Source of the DNA: Vicinamibacteria bacterium
GTDB taxonomy: Bacteria > Acidobacteriota > Vicinamibacteria > Marinacidobacterales > Marinacidobacteraceae
Direction: 5' to 3'
Length of the DNA: 64,000 nucleotides
NCBI GenBank assembly: GCA_964291235.2
Contig: OZ219816.1
Location: 416,001 to 480,000 of the forward strand
Shown: positions 42,773 to 52,135 of the stretch, in pieces
Layout: every line of letters starts with the position of its first letter
Position numbering within the stretch: position 1 is the first letter of the stretch
The notes under the pieces: model-generated
Told to the model about the DNA's origin: nothing
Seen by the model: only the letters and a program-made list of their open reading frames with translations
Database searches by the model: none
Position numbers and translations under genes: made by a program

Positions 42773-44218
42773 ATGAAACGCGAGCGGATCGGCCTGATCC
42801 TGGGGCTGGCCCTGCTGGTCGGGATCAGCGTCTTCCCGATTCCCGGTATCCCGGACGAAGCGCGCCGCATGCTGGCGGTGGCCGCGATCATGGCCACCTG
42901 GTGGGTGACCGAGGCGGCGCCGCTGGCGGTGACCTCGCTCCTCCCGCTGGTGCTGCTCCCGGCGTTCGGGATCACGAACGCGGCCGGGGCGGCCGCCCCC
43001 TACGCGAACCACCTCGTGTACCTGTTCCTCGGCGGGTTCATGATCGCCCAGGCGATGCAGCGCTGGAACCTGCATCGCCGGATAGCGCTTCGCACCGTGA
43101 TGGCGATGGGCAGCTCGCCGCCCCGGCTGGTACTCGGCTTCATGGTGGCGTCGGCTTTCCTCTCCATGTGGGTCTCCAATACGGCTACCACCGCGATGAT
43201 GATGCCGATCGGCGTCGCGGTCATCGCGGAAATCTCGAGCGCCGTCCACGGGCCGCGCCGGCCCGCTCCCGGAGATTTCCCCTTCGCGGTCTGCCTGATG
43301 CTCGGTTGCGCCTACGGGGCCTCCATCGGCGGATTCGCCACCCTCATCGGAACGCCGCCGAACGTGTTCCTGGCCGGGTTCCTCAGCGAGCAACTGGGCA
43401 TACAGATCAGCTTCGTCCGCTGGCTCGCCTTCGCCCTGCCGCTCACGGTGCTGTTCCTGCCGCTGACCTGGCTATGGCTCACCAAGGTCGCCTTTCCGAT
43501 CCGGATCCGGGACATTCCCGGAGGCCGGGAGCCGGTGCGCGCCGCCTACGCGGCCCTCGGGCCCTTCTCGACCCCGGAGAAGCGACTCTCCGTCCTCTTC
43601 GGCGGCACCGCCCTCCTCTGGATGTTTCGTCCGGTCTGGACCCAGGCGATCCCGACCGGCGGGTTTATCACCGACTCGACCATCGCAATGGCCGCGACCG
43701 TGCTCTGCTTCCTCGTCCCTGCCGGAAACGGCGGCGGGGAGCGCATCCTCAACTGGAAATGGGGCGTGCGCATCCCGTGGGACGTCCTCATCCTGATCGG
43801 CGGCGGTTTCTCGCTCGCGAGCGGTCTCGAAGTGAGCGGGCTTTCGCAGTTCCTCGGCGACCGCCTCGCCGGTTTTTCCGCGCTGCCGCTTCCGCTCTTC
43901 GTGATCCTGGTGGTAGTCGCCATCATTCTCCTGACCGAGCTGGCCTCGAACCTGGCGTCCACCGCGATGATGATTCCGATCCTCGCCGCGGTCGCCACGA
44001 GCGCCGGGATCCCGCCGCTGATGTTGCTGCTTCCGGTCACGGTCGCCGCCTCCTGCGCCTTCATGCTCCCGGCGGCCACCCCGCCGAATGCCATCGTGTT
44101 CGGGACCGGCCATTTCACGATTCCACAGATGGTGCGCGCCGGCATCGGCGTGAACGTGATCGGCGCCATCCTCACCTGCCTTTTCGCCGTCTTCTGGGTG
44201 CCGGTGGTGTTCGGATGA
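42773..44218 (+). CDS. SLC13/DASS sodium:dicarboxylate or sulfate symporter
   Basis: WWVTEA, LSMWVSNTAT, TLIGTPPN, TELASN, AFMLPAATPPNA. Confidence 0.95.
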   Translation: MKRERIGLILGLALLVGISVFPIPGIPDEARRMLAVAAIMATWWVTEAAPLAVTSLLPLVLLPAFGITNAAGAAAPYANHLVYLFLGGFMIAQAMQRWNLHRRIALRTVMAMGSSPPRLVLGFMVASAFLSMWVSNTATTAMMMPIGVAVIAEISSAVHGPRRPAPGDFPFAVCLMLGCAYGASIGGFATLIGTPPNVFLAGFLSEQLGIQISFVRWLAFALPLTVLFLPLTWLWLTKVAFPIRIRDIPGGREPVRAAYAALGPFSTPEKRLSVLFGGTALLWMFRPVWTQAIPTGGFITDSTIAMAATVLCFLVPAGNGGGERILNWKWGVRIPWDVLILIGGGFSLASGLEVSGLSQFLGDRLAGFSALPLPLFVILVVVAIILLTELASNLASTAMMIPILAAVATSAGIPPLMLLLPVTVAASCAFMLPAATPPNAIVFGTGHFTIPQMVRAGIGVNVIGAILTCLFAVFWVPVVFG

Positions 44219-44335
44219 GCGGGGCGGAGGGCCATCGAACGTTCAGCGTTCGCTCCATCCGGGATCAGCAGAGCGTGCGACACTCACGTTCGCACAAACG
44301 CAGCACCATCGGCCCGCGTTTCGCGCTCCCGCGCG

Positions 44336-44359
44336 TGCCGACCTGGAGGTCGGCGTTCC
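44336..44359 (-). repeat. REP-like palindrome
   Basis: GGAACGCCGACC-TCCA-GGTCGGCA on the minus strand. Confidence 0.75.
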
Positions 44360-44368
44360 AGTGCGGTC

Positions 44369-44422
44369 CTCACCTGCCTGTTTGCGGTCTTCTGGGTGCC
44401 GGTGGTGTTCGGGTAAGCGGGG
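44369..44422 (+). repeat. Diverged direct repeat of the DASS gene's last 16 codons (44171-44224)
   Basis: Both copies encode LTCLFAVFWVPVVFG* followed by GCGGGG; offset 198 bp. Confidence 0.92.
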
Positions 44423-44441
44423 TCACTAGCATTCCGGTGCC

Positions 44442-45125
44442 ATGACCATCGCCCCCGAAGACCGTTTCACCTCCAGGCTCTGGGCCGGAATCGACGCGAC
44501 CTACGCGGAGATCCTCCGCCATCCCTTCCTCGACGGGCTCGCGGACGGAAGTCTCGACCGTCAGGTCTTCCGCTTCTACGTGATCGAGGACGCGCTCTAC
44601 CTCCACGAATTCGCCCGGGCGGTGGCCATCCTCGGCGGCAAGGCGCCGCATCCCGACATCACGGCGGCCCTGTGCGGCGACGCGGTGGCCACCGTCGAGG
44701 CCGAACGGGAGCAACTGGGGCAGTTCCTGACCGAGTTGGGAGGCTCCCGTGACGAACTCTTCGCCCGGCAGCCGGCACCCACGAACCGCGCCTATACCAG
44801 CTACTTCCTTTCCCAGGTCCATTCGCAGTCCTTCCACGAGGGGCTCGCCGCCGTCCTCCCGTGCTACTGGATCTACGCGGAAGTCGGGAAGGAGCTCCTC
44901 AAGCGTCCTTCCTCACCGGACCCGCTCTACCGCCGCTGGATCGAAAGCTACGGAAGCGAGGAGTACGACGCCGTGGTGCAGCGGGTCGTGCAGCTCACCG
45001 ACGACGTTGCCGAGGGGCTCGGGGACAGTGCCCGGCGGGCCATGGCGCGCCACTTCGCCATGAGTTCCCGCTATGAGTGGATGTTCTGGGACATGGCCTG
45101 GCGGCAGGAGGCCTGGCCTTTGTAG
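44442..45125 (+). CDS. tenA: Thiaminase II / TenA family protein
   Basis: HPFL..LADGSL, FRFYVIEDALYL, PTNRAYTSY, LPCYWIY, Y.RWIE.Y, YEWMFWD. Confidence 0.92.
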   Translation: MTIAPEDRFTSRLWAGIDATYAEILRHPFLDGLADGSLDRQVFRFYVIEDALYLHEFARAVAILGGKAPHPDITAALCGDAVATVEAEREQLGQFLTELGGSRDELFARQPAPTNRAYTSYFLSQVHSQSFHEGLAAVLPCYWIYAEVGKELLKRPSSPDPLYRRWIESYGSEEYDAVVQRVVQLTDDVAEGLGDSARRAMARHFAMSSRYEWMFWDMAWRQEAWPL

Positions 45126-45126
45126 C

Positions 45127-45307
45127 TTCCCGCGGAGGAAGCGCCCCCGGGAGTCAGCGAACGGCACCTCTGTGGCCGTTGGGTTACGAGGCGCTTCCTC
45201 CACGGGAAGGTGGCCGTGAATCGCTGCGCGATTCCGTCCACCCTCTTCTGCGGGGAGGGGAAACCCCTCCCCGCACCCCTCCCCCGCGCGGCGCTGCGCG
45301 CCGCGCG
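45127..45307 (+). repeat. Solo structured repeat related to the units behind rpsK
   Basis: 20-bp stem CTTCCCGCGGAGGAAGCGCC/GGCGCTTCCTCCACGGGAAG then GCGGGGAGGGGAAACCCCTCCCCGC; starts just after the tenA stop. Confidence 0.8.
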
Positions 45308-45486
45308 TTCAGCCCGGCGCAAGGTCTCCACAGCGAACTGCCCAACCGTGCCGAGAGCGACGCGGGAAGGGTCCACTCGTGCCTGGAAAGATGTCGCGGA
45401 GACACGGGAACGCCGGCCAGTTCTCTCGGTGGCGAGCACGGCGGTTGTGCTGCCGGCAGCCACGTGCCGACGTTCAGCGACCTCGC

Positions 45487-46848
45487 TCAGCGGATCCAGA
45501 CGGTCTTCCGGTTCGTGAACTCGATGAGCCCGTCCGGGCCGAGTTCGCGGCCGAAACCACTGTCCTTCGTGCCCCCGAAGGGGACGCGGGGATCCGATTT
45601 CGTGATGCCGTTCACGAATACGGCCCCCGACTCGATCTGCGGCACCAGCCGCTCCGCACGCCGGGGGTCCGAGGTCCACAGGGAGGAGCCCAGCCCGTAG
45701 TTCGTGCGGTTGGCGATCTCCACCGCCTCGGCCTCGTCGCCGAAGGGAATCACCGTTGCGACCGGGCCGAAGAGTTCCTCCTCGGCAGCCGGGGCTCCCG
45801 CGGGCGGCCCCGCCAGGATGCCCGTCGCCGAAAAGAACCCGCGGCCCGGCGCATCACCCCGGTAGAGGAGTTCGGCCCCGGCGCCGAGCGACTGCGCCAC
45901 CTGCTCTTCAAGGCGATCGCGGAGATCCTGCCGGGCCAGGGGCCCCACCGCGGTTTCGGGCGCAAGCGGATCTCCTACCGCCGCTTCGCGAAATCGGGTC
46001 TCGAAGACCGAAAGGAACGCATCGAGCGCGGGGCGCTGGACGAGGAAACGCTTGGCGGCGATGCAACTCTGGCCCGAGTTGATGAGCCGCGCCCCGGCCC
46101 CCGCCGTGGCCGCCTCCTCCACGTCGGAGTCCTCGAACACGATGAAGGGGTCGCTGCCCCCGAGCTCCGCGACCATCGGCTTCAGGTGACGCCCCGCGAC
46201 CGCGGCGACCTCGCTTCCGGCGCGGGAACTTCCGGTCAACGTGACTCCGCGCACCCGCCGGTCGGCGATGCAGGCGGCCGCCTGCTCATTCGTCAGAAAG
46301 AGATTCTGGAGGAGCCCTTCCGGAGCCCCCGCTTCCCGGTAGAGCTCGACAATCCGGAGCGCGCACTGCGGGACCGACGGCGCGTGCTTGAGCACCATCG
46401 GGTTTCCGGTAACGAAGTTGGGCGCCGAAACCCGGATGACCTGCCAGAGCGGGAAGTTCCACGGCATGACGGCCAGGATCGGACCGATGGGGTCGAAGCG
46501 CACGAAGGCGTCGCTGCCGTCGGATGGGTAGTGGCGCGGGCGCAGCGACTCCTCCGCGGTCTCCGCGTAGTGCCTGGCGACCCAGGCGCATTTGTGCGCC
46601 TCCGCGACTCCCTGGGCGAGCGGCTTTCCCATCTCAAGCGCCATGAGCGCCGCCAGGTCATCCGCCTGCGCCTCCAGCAGGCCGGCGAGACGCTCGTTCA
46701 CCGCGCATCGTTCGGTAAAGGGAGACCGGCGCCAGGAACCGAAGGCAGCGTCGGCGCAGCAGAGGGCAGCCTCGACCTCGCCGTCGGAAGCCGTCGGGAA
46801 TTCGGCCACCAACTCCTCGGTGGCCGGATTCAGGGACCTGTAGAGCAT
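45487..46848 (-). CDS. NAD(P)-dependent succinate-semialdehyde dehydrogenase (Sad-like)
   Basis: VMPWNFPLWQ, TLTGS, ELGGSDP, NSGQSCIAAKRF, EELFGPV, PFGG.K.SG.GRE. Confidence 0.9.
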   Translation of the reverse strand: MLYRSLNPATEELVAEFPTASDGEVEAALCCADAAFGSWRRSPFTERCAVNERLAGLLEAQADDLAALMALEMGKPLAQGVAEAHKCAWVARHYAETAEESLRPRHYPSDGSDAFVRFDPIGPILAVMPWNFPLWQVIRVSAPNFVTGNPMVLKHAPSVPQCALRIVELYREAGAPEGLLQNLFLTNEQAAACIADRRVRGVTLTGSSRAGSEVAAVAGRHLKPMVAELGGSDPFIVFEDSDVEEAATAGAGARLINSGQSCIAAKRFLVQRPALDAFLSVFETRFREAAVGDPLAPETAVGPLARQDLRDRLEEQVAQSLGAGAELLYRGDAPGRGFFSATGILAGPPAGAPAAEEELFGPVATVIPFGDEAEAVEIANRTNYGLGSSLWTSDPRRAERLVPQIESGAVFVNGITKSDPRVPFGGTKDSGFGRELGPDGLIEFTNRKTVWIR

Positions 46849-48051
46849 TCAGCGGCTCCCGCCGGGCGGGTGGAGGCGGTTGTACTTGCGGCCGACCTCC
46901 AGAAGGTCATCGATCGAGATCGCCTCCCGCGTATTGCCGTTCCTCCCGGTGACCGTCGTCGCCTGGAGCATCGAGTTGTAAACGGCCTCCTCGGTCGCCT
47001 CGATCGCGGCCTGGAAAAGCGGCGAAAGCCGGTCTCCCCGCAAGACGGCGCCGCTCTCCGTAGGCGAGTCGTTGCGGAACCCGCTGCGGAGCGATTCCGC
47101 CGACGAGAAAGCAATCACGAAGTCGCCGCTCCCGTGCGACGAGGTAGCTCCGGTGCGGGCCAGGCCGAGCATCACTCGGCGCGCCAGCCGGGTCAGGCCG
47201 AGCGAGCGAACGGGGGCGTCGGTGCCGACCACCATCATGATCGAGCCGTCGGGATTGTCCTGGGAATCGGGTCCGCCGGCATCTCCGGCACCGCCCAACT
47301 GGTCCCGCAGGTAGTACCGGTCCAGTTCCTCGCCGACCGGGAGGCCGTCCATGGTGAGCACACCGCCGTAGTTGCTCTGTACCAGCACCCCGACGGTGTA
47401 CCCACCCAGGCTCCCGGGCAGACGCCGGGACGAGGTGCCGATTCCTCCCTTCCAGCCGAACGCCGAGGTTCCGGTCCCGGCGCCCACGGCTCCCTCCGCC
47501 ACCGGTCCGGGAGAGGCGCTCCGGATGGCTTCCAGCACGTGGCTTTCCTCGACGTGACGTCCGCGGATGTCGTTCAGATACCCGTCGTTCGTCTCCCCCA
47601 CGAGCGGGTTCACGGAGCGCACGTCTTCGTTTCCGGGAAGGCCGAGGACGTAGGTGACGACGGCGCGCGCGGCGTCCCATACCGAGAGCGTGTTGGTCAG
47701 CACGATGGGGGTTTCGATGGTCCCGAGTTCCACCACCTGGGTGGAACCGGCCAGCTTCCCGAACGCATTGCCGATGTGGACCGCGCCCGGCACCTTCTCC
47801 TGGAAGAGGTTGCCGCCGTGCGGGAGGATGGCGGTGACCCCGGTGCGGATGTGATCTCCCTCGACGAGGGTCACCTGTCCCACCAGGACTCCGGGGATGT
47901 CGGTGATCGCATTGTCCGGGCCGGGGTCCAGGACGCCGGGCGTGAGACCGATGTCCCGGGCGCGGGGCCGGGAATCTCCCTGTCCGAAGGCGAGCGGGGC
48001 GGCGAGCAGGCCGGCGACGAGCGCCGCCAGGGTGCGGTGGACGTGATGCAT
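46849..48051 (-). CDS. DmpA/P1 (S58) family aminopeptidase, exported
   Basis: NAITDIPGVLVG, RTGVTAILP, NAFGK, GETNDG.LND, GAGTG, KGGIGTSSR, DGSI cleavage motif. Confidence 0.9.
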   Translation of the reverse strand: MHHVHRTLAALVAGLLAAPLAFGQGDSRPRARDIGLTPGVLDPGPDNAITDIPGVLVGQVTLVEGDHIRTGVTAILPHGGNLFQEKVPGAVHIGNAFGKLAGSTQVVELGTIETPIVLTNTLSVWDAARAVVTYVLGLPGNEDVRSVNPLVGETNDGYLNDIRGRHVEESHVLEAIRSASPGPVAEGAVGAGTGTSAFGWKGGIGTSSRRLPGSLGGYTVGVLVQSNYGGVLTMDGLPVGEELDRYYLRDQLGGAGDAGGPDSQDNPDGSIMMVVGTDAPVRSLGLTRLARRVMLGLARTGATSSHGSGDFVIAFSSAESLRSGFRNDSPTESGAVLRGDRLSPLFQAAIEATEEAVYNSMLQATTVTGRNGNTREAISIDDLLEVGRKYNRLHPPGGSR

Positions 48052-48161
48052 CAGAACCTCCCGGAACGGTCGTGTCTGGAAGCCCGGGAGAATACGGGAA
48101 GCGTCCGGCGGGCCGGCCGAAGGGAACATTTGTCGCGCGCGGTTCGTAGCCCTCATCCGTC

Positions 48162-48974
48162 ATGGTTCACGGGAATCCACGCGGTGCCCGCCTCGGCGGG
48201 CGCGACGCGGCAATAGCGCTGGTTCTGGGGGTGTCGGCGTTGGCCGGCGCCGCGAATTGCAGCGTCCCGTTTCAGCCGGAACCGAACGTCGAGGAAACCG
48301 AGACGTTCATGGAACCCTTTGCGGCGGGCGAGCTTCTCGATCTTAGAAACGTCCATGGCCGGGTGGCGGTCACCTCGTGGGACCGCGAGGAAGCAGAGAT
48401 CGTGGCGCGCAAGGTGGGGCCGAGCAGCGCCGCGCTCGAGGACATCCGGGTCGAGGTGAATCGTTCCTCGCGGGGAGTCCAGGTTCGCACCCGCTACCCG
48501 AAGAAGACACGAATGTGGGGGCAGCGATACGGCAGCGTGCACTACTCCATCCGGCTGCCGGAGAACGCCGATCTCAAGATCGCCAACGTCCACGGACCCG
48601 TCGAAGTCGCCGAGATTTCCGGCGAAGTCGAGGCGCAGACGGTCAACGGCTCCCTCCGCCTGACCGGACACCGGGGAAACGTGAATGCCAAGACGGTCAA
48701 CGGAGGCATCGAGTGTGAATTCGACAGCTTCGGGGAGGGAGACCGGCACTCGCTCCGCACCGTCAACGGCAGGGTGCAGTTGACCCTGGGGCCCGAGGCC
48801 AGGGGTCAGGTGGACGCCAGCGCCATCAACGGCCGGGTCATCATGGAACTGGCCGACCTCGAACATCTCGACACCCCGACGCGGCGCCGCAAGCGAGTGC
48901 GGGTCGGCGAAGGGGGCGGCGAGTGCCGGGTGCGCACCATCAACGGAACGATTCACGTCAGCGACGGATCCTGA
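48162..48974 (+). CDS. DUF4097 family beta-strand repeat protein
   Basis: Repeated NVHG/TVNG/AING motifs; N-terminal hydrophobic segment with Cys. Confidence 0.8.
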   Translation: MVHGNPRGARLGGRDAAIALVLGVSALAGAANCSVPFQPEPNVEETETFMEPFAAGELLDLRNVHGRVAVTSWDREEAEIVARKVGPSSAALEDIRVEVNRSSRGVQVRTRYPKKTRMWGQRYGSVHYSIRLPENADLKIANVHGPVEVAEISGEVEAQTVNGSLRLTGHRGNVNAKTVNGGIECEFDSFGEGDRHSLRTVNGRVQLTLGPEARGQVDASAINGRVIMELADLEHLDTPTRRRKRVRVGEGGGECRVRTINGTIHVSDGS

Positions 48975-49042
48975 CCCGGGAGCGGCCGGAGTTCGCGCCG
49001 CGGGCTTTTCGGACAGAATCCCCCGCGCCGAAGGGGGATCCG

Positions 49043-49531
49043 ATGGTTCGCCAGTTGACATATCTCTATAGCTTCAATCTGCGCGTGGCGCGGGCGATGG
49101 TGGACGACCTGACCCCGGAACAGATGGCCGCGCAGCCGCACGGCGTGGTGAACCACCCGGCCTGGTCTCTCGGCCACCTGGTGATGACCGCCGACGGGCT
49201 TGCCGGGCTGCTCGGGCTGGAGTCGGAGGTGGCGGACGGCTGGGCGTCGATCTTCGCCACGGGCGGGACCCCGTCGGATGACCCGTCCCGCTACCCCTCG
49301 AAAGAGGAGCTCCTCGAAGCGCTGGCGGCGCAGCACGCCCGCAACGCCACCGCCATCGAACGGGCGAGCCCGGCCTGGTTCGACACCCCGCACCCGAACG
49401 AGAGACGCCGCCAGCGCTTTCCCACGCTGGGCGATGTGGCGGTCTTCCTGATGACCTCCCACGAGATGCTCCATCTCGGTCAGGTAGCGGCCTGGCGTCG
49501 CGCCATGGGGCTGGGGCCGGCCCGCCGGTAA
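49043..49531 (+). CDS. DinB family protein
   Basis: NHPAWSLGHL and HEMLHLGQV metal-binding His; start at ATG 49043. Confidence 0.85.
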   Translation: MVRQLTYLYSFNLRVARAMVDDLTPEQMAAQPHGVVNHPAWSLGHLVMTADGLAGLLGLESEVADGWASIFATGGTPSDDPSRYPSKEELLEALAAQHARNATAIERASPAWFDTPHPNERRRQRFPTLGDVAVFLMTSHEMLHLGQVAAWRRAMGLGPARR

Positions 49532-49612
49532 CCGGGGCGGGCCGCGGAGAACACGCCGCCGCGGAGGATCGGGCTGTCCCGTATCCGGGCCACCAGGTAT
49601 AAACCCCGCACC

Positions 49613-50635
49613 ATGTACCGGTTTGTTCGTTTCGGAACCCTTCTACTCGTCCTCGCAGCCGCTTCGAACGGGGCGGGACAGTCCCTACCCGAGGTCCATC
49701 TCATCGGCACCGGGGGCACGATCTCCGGGGGCGCGGGAGGGCCGCTGAACGCCGACGACCTGCGCGCGGCCCTGCCCGGCCTGGCCTCCGTGGCTTCGGT
49801 CACGACCGAGGACTTCGTTCGCGTCGGCAGCTCCCGGATGCATCCCGAGCTCCAGTTCGGGCTCGCGGAACGGATCGGCGCCGTATTCGCCGAGCGCCCC
49901 GGGCTCGCCGGCATCGTGGTGACCCACGGGACGGACTCGCTCGAAGAGACCGCCTTTCTCCTGGATCTGGTCCTTCCGTCCGGCCGGCCGGTGGTCTTTG
50001 CCGCCGCGCAGCGGCCGCCGAGGTACGAGGACTCTGACGGACCCCGCAACCTGCTGAATGCGATCCGGGTGGCCGGTTCGGCCAGGGCCCGGGATCTGGG
50101 GGTGCTCGTCGTCCTGAACGGCCAGATCCACGCGGCGCGCGAGGTGAAGAAGACCCATTCCATCGCGCTTCACGCCTTTGCCTCGCCCGACACCGGCCCC
50201 GTCGGCGCAGTGGACGACGGGCAGGTGCTCCTCTTCAGCACCCCGGCACGGCGCCTCCATCTCCCCGCCGGGAGCGTGGAGCCACGTGTGGAACTGGTCC
50301 GCCTGACCGCCGGCGGCGGCGCCGCCGCGATCCGCGGCGTAGCGGAGTCCGGAGCTCGGGGGATCGTCGTGGAGGTCTTCGGCCGCGGCAACGCGCCTCC
50401 TCCCGTCGCCGAGGCGGTCGATGCCGCGATTCAGTCCGGCGCGCTGGTGGTCTTTGCCACCCGCACGGGAGGCGGCCGGGTAGTCCTCGCGGACACCCAG
50501 CGGGAGCGGGGAATCATCTCCGGAGAAGATCTTGACGGCCTCAAGGCCCGCATCCTGCTCACCGTCGCTCTGGGGGCAGGCCGCACCGCGCCGGAGATTG
50601 CCGCCGCGTTTCGAACCCTGGCCGGGGCCGGCTAG
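49613..50635 (+). CDS. L-asparaginase (type II-like, exported)
   Basis: IGTGGTIS, GIVVTHGTDSLEETA, AQRP..DSDGPRNL. Confidence 0.92.
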   Translation: MYRFVRFGTLLLVLAAASNGAGQSLPEVHLIGTGGTISGGAGGPLNADDLRAALPGLASVASVTTEDFVRVGSSRMHPELQFGLAERIGAVFAERPGLAGIVVTHGTDSLEETAFLLDLVLPSGRPVVFAAAQRPPRYEDSDGPRNLLNAIRVAGSARARDLGVLVVLNGQIHAAREVKKTHSIALHAFASPDTGPVGAVDDGQVLLFSTPARRLHLPAGSVEPRVELVRLTAGGGAAAIRGVAESGARGIVVEVFGRGNAPPPVAEAVDAAIQSGALVVFATRTGGGRVVLADTQRERGIISGEDLDGLKARILLTVALGAGRTAPEIAAAFRTLAGAG

Positions 50636-50668
50636 CCGCGGAGCCCCGGGAACGCCCCCCGCAACGCG

Positions 50669-51589
50669 TCAGCGAAGGACGAGGCGGAGGGGCGGCCCTT
50701 CTCCACGGGACAGGACGACCGCCGCCGGCGGCTCGAGAGTCACGACGGTGTACTCCCCGATGCGGTCGCCGACTCCAACCAGCGCGGTTTCGCCGCGATA
50801 AAAGAGCGCCGCCCGAACCGGCGTCCCGGAGCCGACATCGACGAAGCCGTGAAGCTCCGGAGGAGCGGGCCGGGGTGGCTCCACCGCTTCCGGAGCCGTG
50901 TCGATCAACTCCTCCGGGAGGGTTTCCAGCGGGGGGGGCGGCGGCGCGGCGCCGGGCGCCGCCGCGGCGGCAGAAGCCGCCCGCTCCGGCCCCGCCGCGG
51001 TCGCGGTCGATTCCAGCCACGCGAACAACCGCTCCAGATCCGGATCGCCCGCCAACTGGTCCGCGTCCGCCACGGTGAACGAAGTCGCCGGATCGGGCCA
51101 CCAGACGAACGCCGTAGCGGTGAGCGTCCCGAGCCCGCCCCGGACCGCCAGCGTTGCCCGCTCGGTGCGGAGCGGCCATCCCGTTCCCTCGACAACAGCC
51201 AGGAAACGGGACAGCGATGCCGGGTCTCCGAGCAGCGTCACCCGGGCCTCGGCGCCCAGGGTCCCGGCCGGAGTACGAACTAGCGGTTGGAGCCGTGACT
51301 GAGAGAGTTCCACCCCTTGGCTGTCGGCCGCCTGAAGCAGGAACTCGCGCACCGCTGCCACGCTGGTGGGTGGCGGGGTGCGCTCGGCGAGCCGCTCAAC
51401 CACCCGGTGCAGCCGCCGGCGGCGTTCCCGCTGCTCGGCCGTCGCGGCGCCTGCGCGCGCGAACTGCGTTTGCGCCTGAATTTCGGCGGCGAGGTCCTCG
51501 GACGCCCGCCGCTGCTCACCCCAGACGAACCACGCGATCAAGCCGCACAGCAGGGCGAACAGAACCCGCGGTCGGGGCCGTTCGTCCAT
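50669..51589 (-). CDS. PilO/GspM-like protein with Pro/Ala linker and PilP/GspC-like C-terminal domain
   Basis: N-terminal TM + coiled coil, LSRFLAVVEG ferredoxin-like motif, C-terminal LHGFV..RAALF..VGVGDRIGEYTV; position after pilM/N-like genes. Confidence 0.5.
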   Translation of the reverse strand: MDERPRPRVLFALLCGLIAWFVWGEQRRASEDLAAEIQAQTQFARAGAATAEQRERRRRLHRVVERLAERTPPPTSVAAVREFLLQAADSQGVELSQSRLQPLVRTPAGTLGAEARVTLLGDPASLSRFLAVVEGTGWPLRTERATLAVRGGLGTLTATAFVWWPDPATSFTVADADQLAGDPDLERLFAWLESTATAAGPERAASAAAAAPGAAPPPPPLETLPEELIDTAPEAVEPPRPAPPELHGFVDVGSGTPVRAALFYRGETALVGVGDRIGEYTVVTLEPPAAVVLSRGEGPPLRLVLR

Positions 51590-51593
51590 ACCG

Positions 51594-52133
51594 CTACGGA
51601 CGCTCCGCCGTGAGTTGGGCGGTGATCCGGACGAGCGTCGCACCGTCCGGCTGGCGAGTCTCGCTGATGACGTGTGTGGAATGAACCGATTCGTGGTCCG
51701 CCAGCTCCGCCAGAAAACGAGCCACGGCCGCGGGCGAGTCCGCACCCGCGGCAATCACGGCATCCAGCCCGCCTTGGCCGGAACCGGGACGAACCTCGAT
51801 CCCGGCGATCTGGATGCCGGGGGGCGCCGCTCCCCGCACGGTGTCGAGCGCCGCACTGACGCGGGGGGTGTCGAGCACACCGGCGAAAAGCAGGACAGCG
51901 GCCTCCCGGGCGCTTCCCGGTTCCAGCACCGGCGACGAATCACTCCCCTCGGCCAGCGAGGATCCGGGGGCCCCCGAGGTCTCCAGAGCCTCCCGGTCGG
52001 CGTACGCTTTCCAGAGCGAAACGCCGCCCCAAAGAGAGATCGCGAGCAGTCCGAGAGCCAGGATTTCGAGCGCCCGGACGAGGCCCGGGCGAGCGCCCTT
52101 CCCGAGTTGGATGCCCACCGGAATTCGAGCCAC
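51594..52133 (-). CDS. PilN-like protein
   Basis: N-terminal TM, LDTVRGAAPPGIQIAGIEV, A.SPAAVARFLAEL; GTG start at 52133. Confidence 0.55.
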   Translation of the reverse strand: MARIPVGIQLGKGARPGLVRALEILALGLLAISLWGGVSLWKAYADREALETSGAPGSSLAEGSDSSPVLEPGSAREAAVLLFAGVLDTPRVSAALDTVRGAAPPGIQIAGIEVRPGSGQGGLDAVIAAGADSPAAVARFLAELADHESVHSTHVISETRQPDGATLVRITAQLTAERP

Positions 52134-52135
52134 GA

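Noticed and set aside
44219-44441. TPP riboswitch upstream of tenA
   Set aside because: No CTGAGA / ACCTGA core found; the region is explained by a REP and the duplicated gene end
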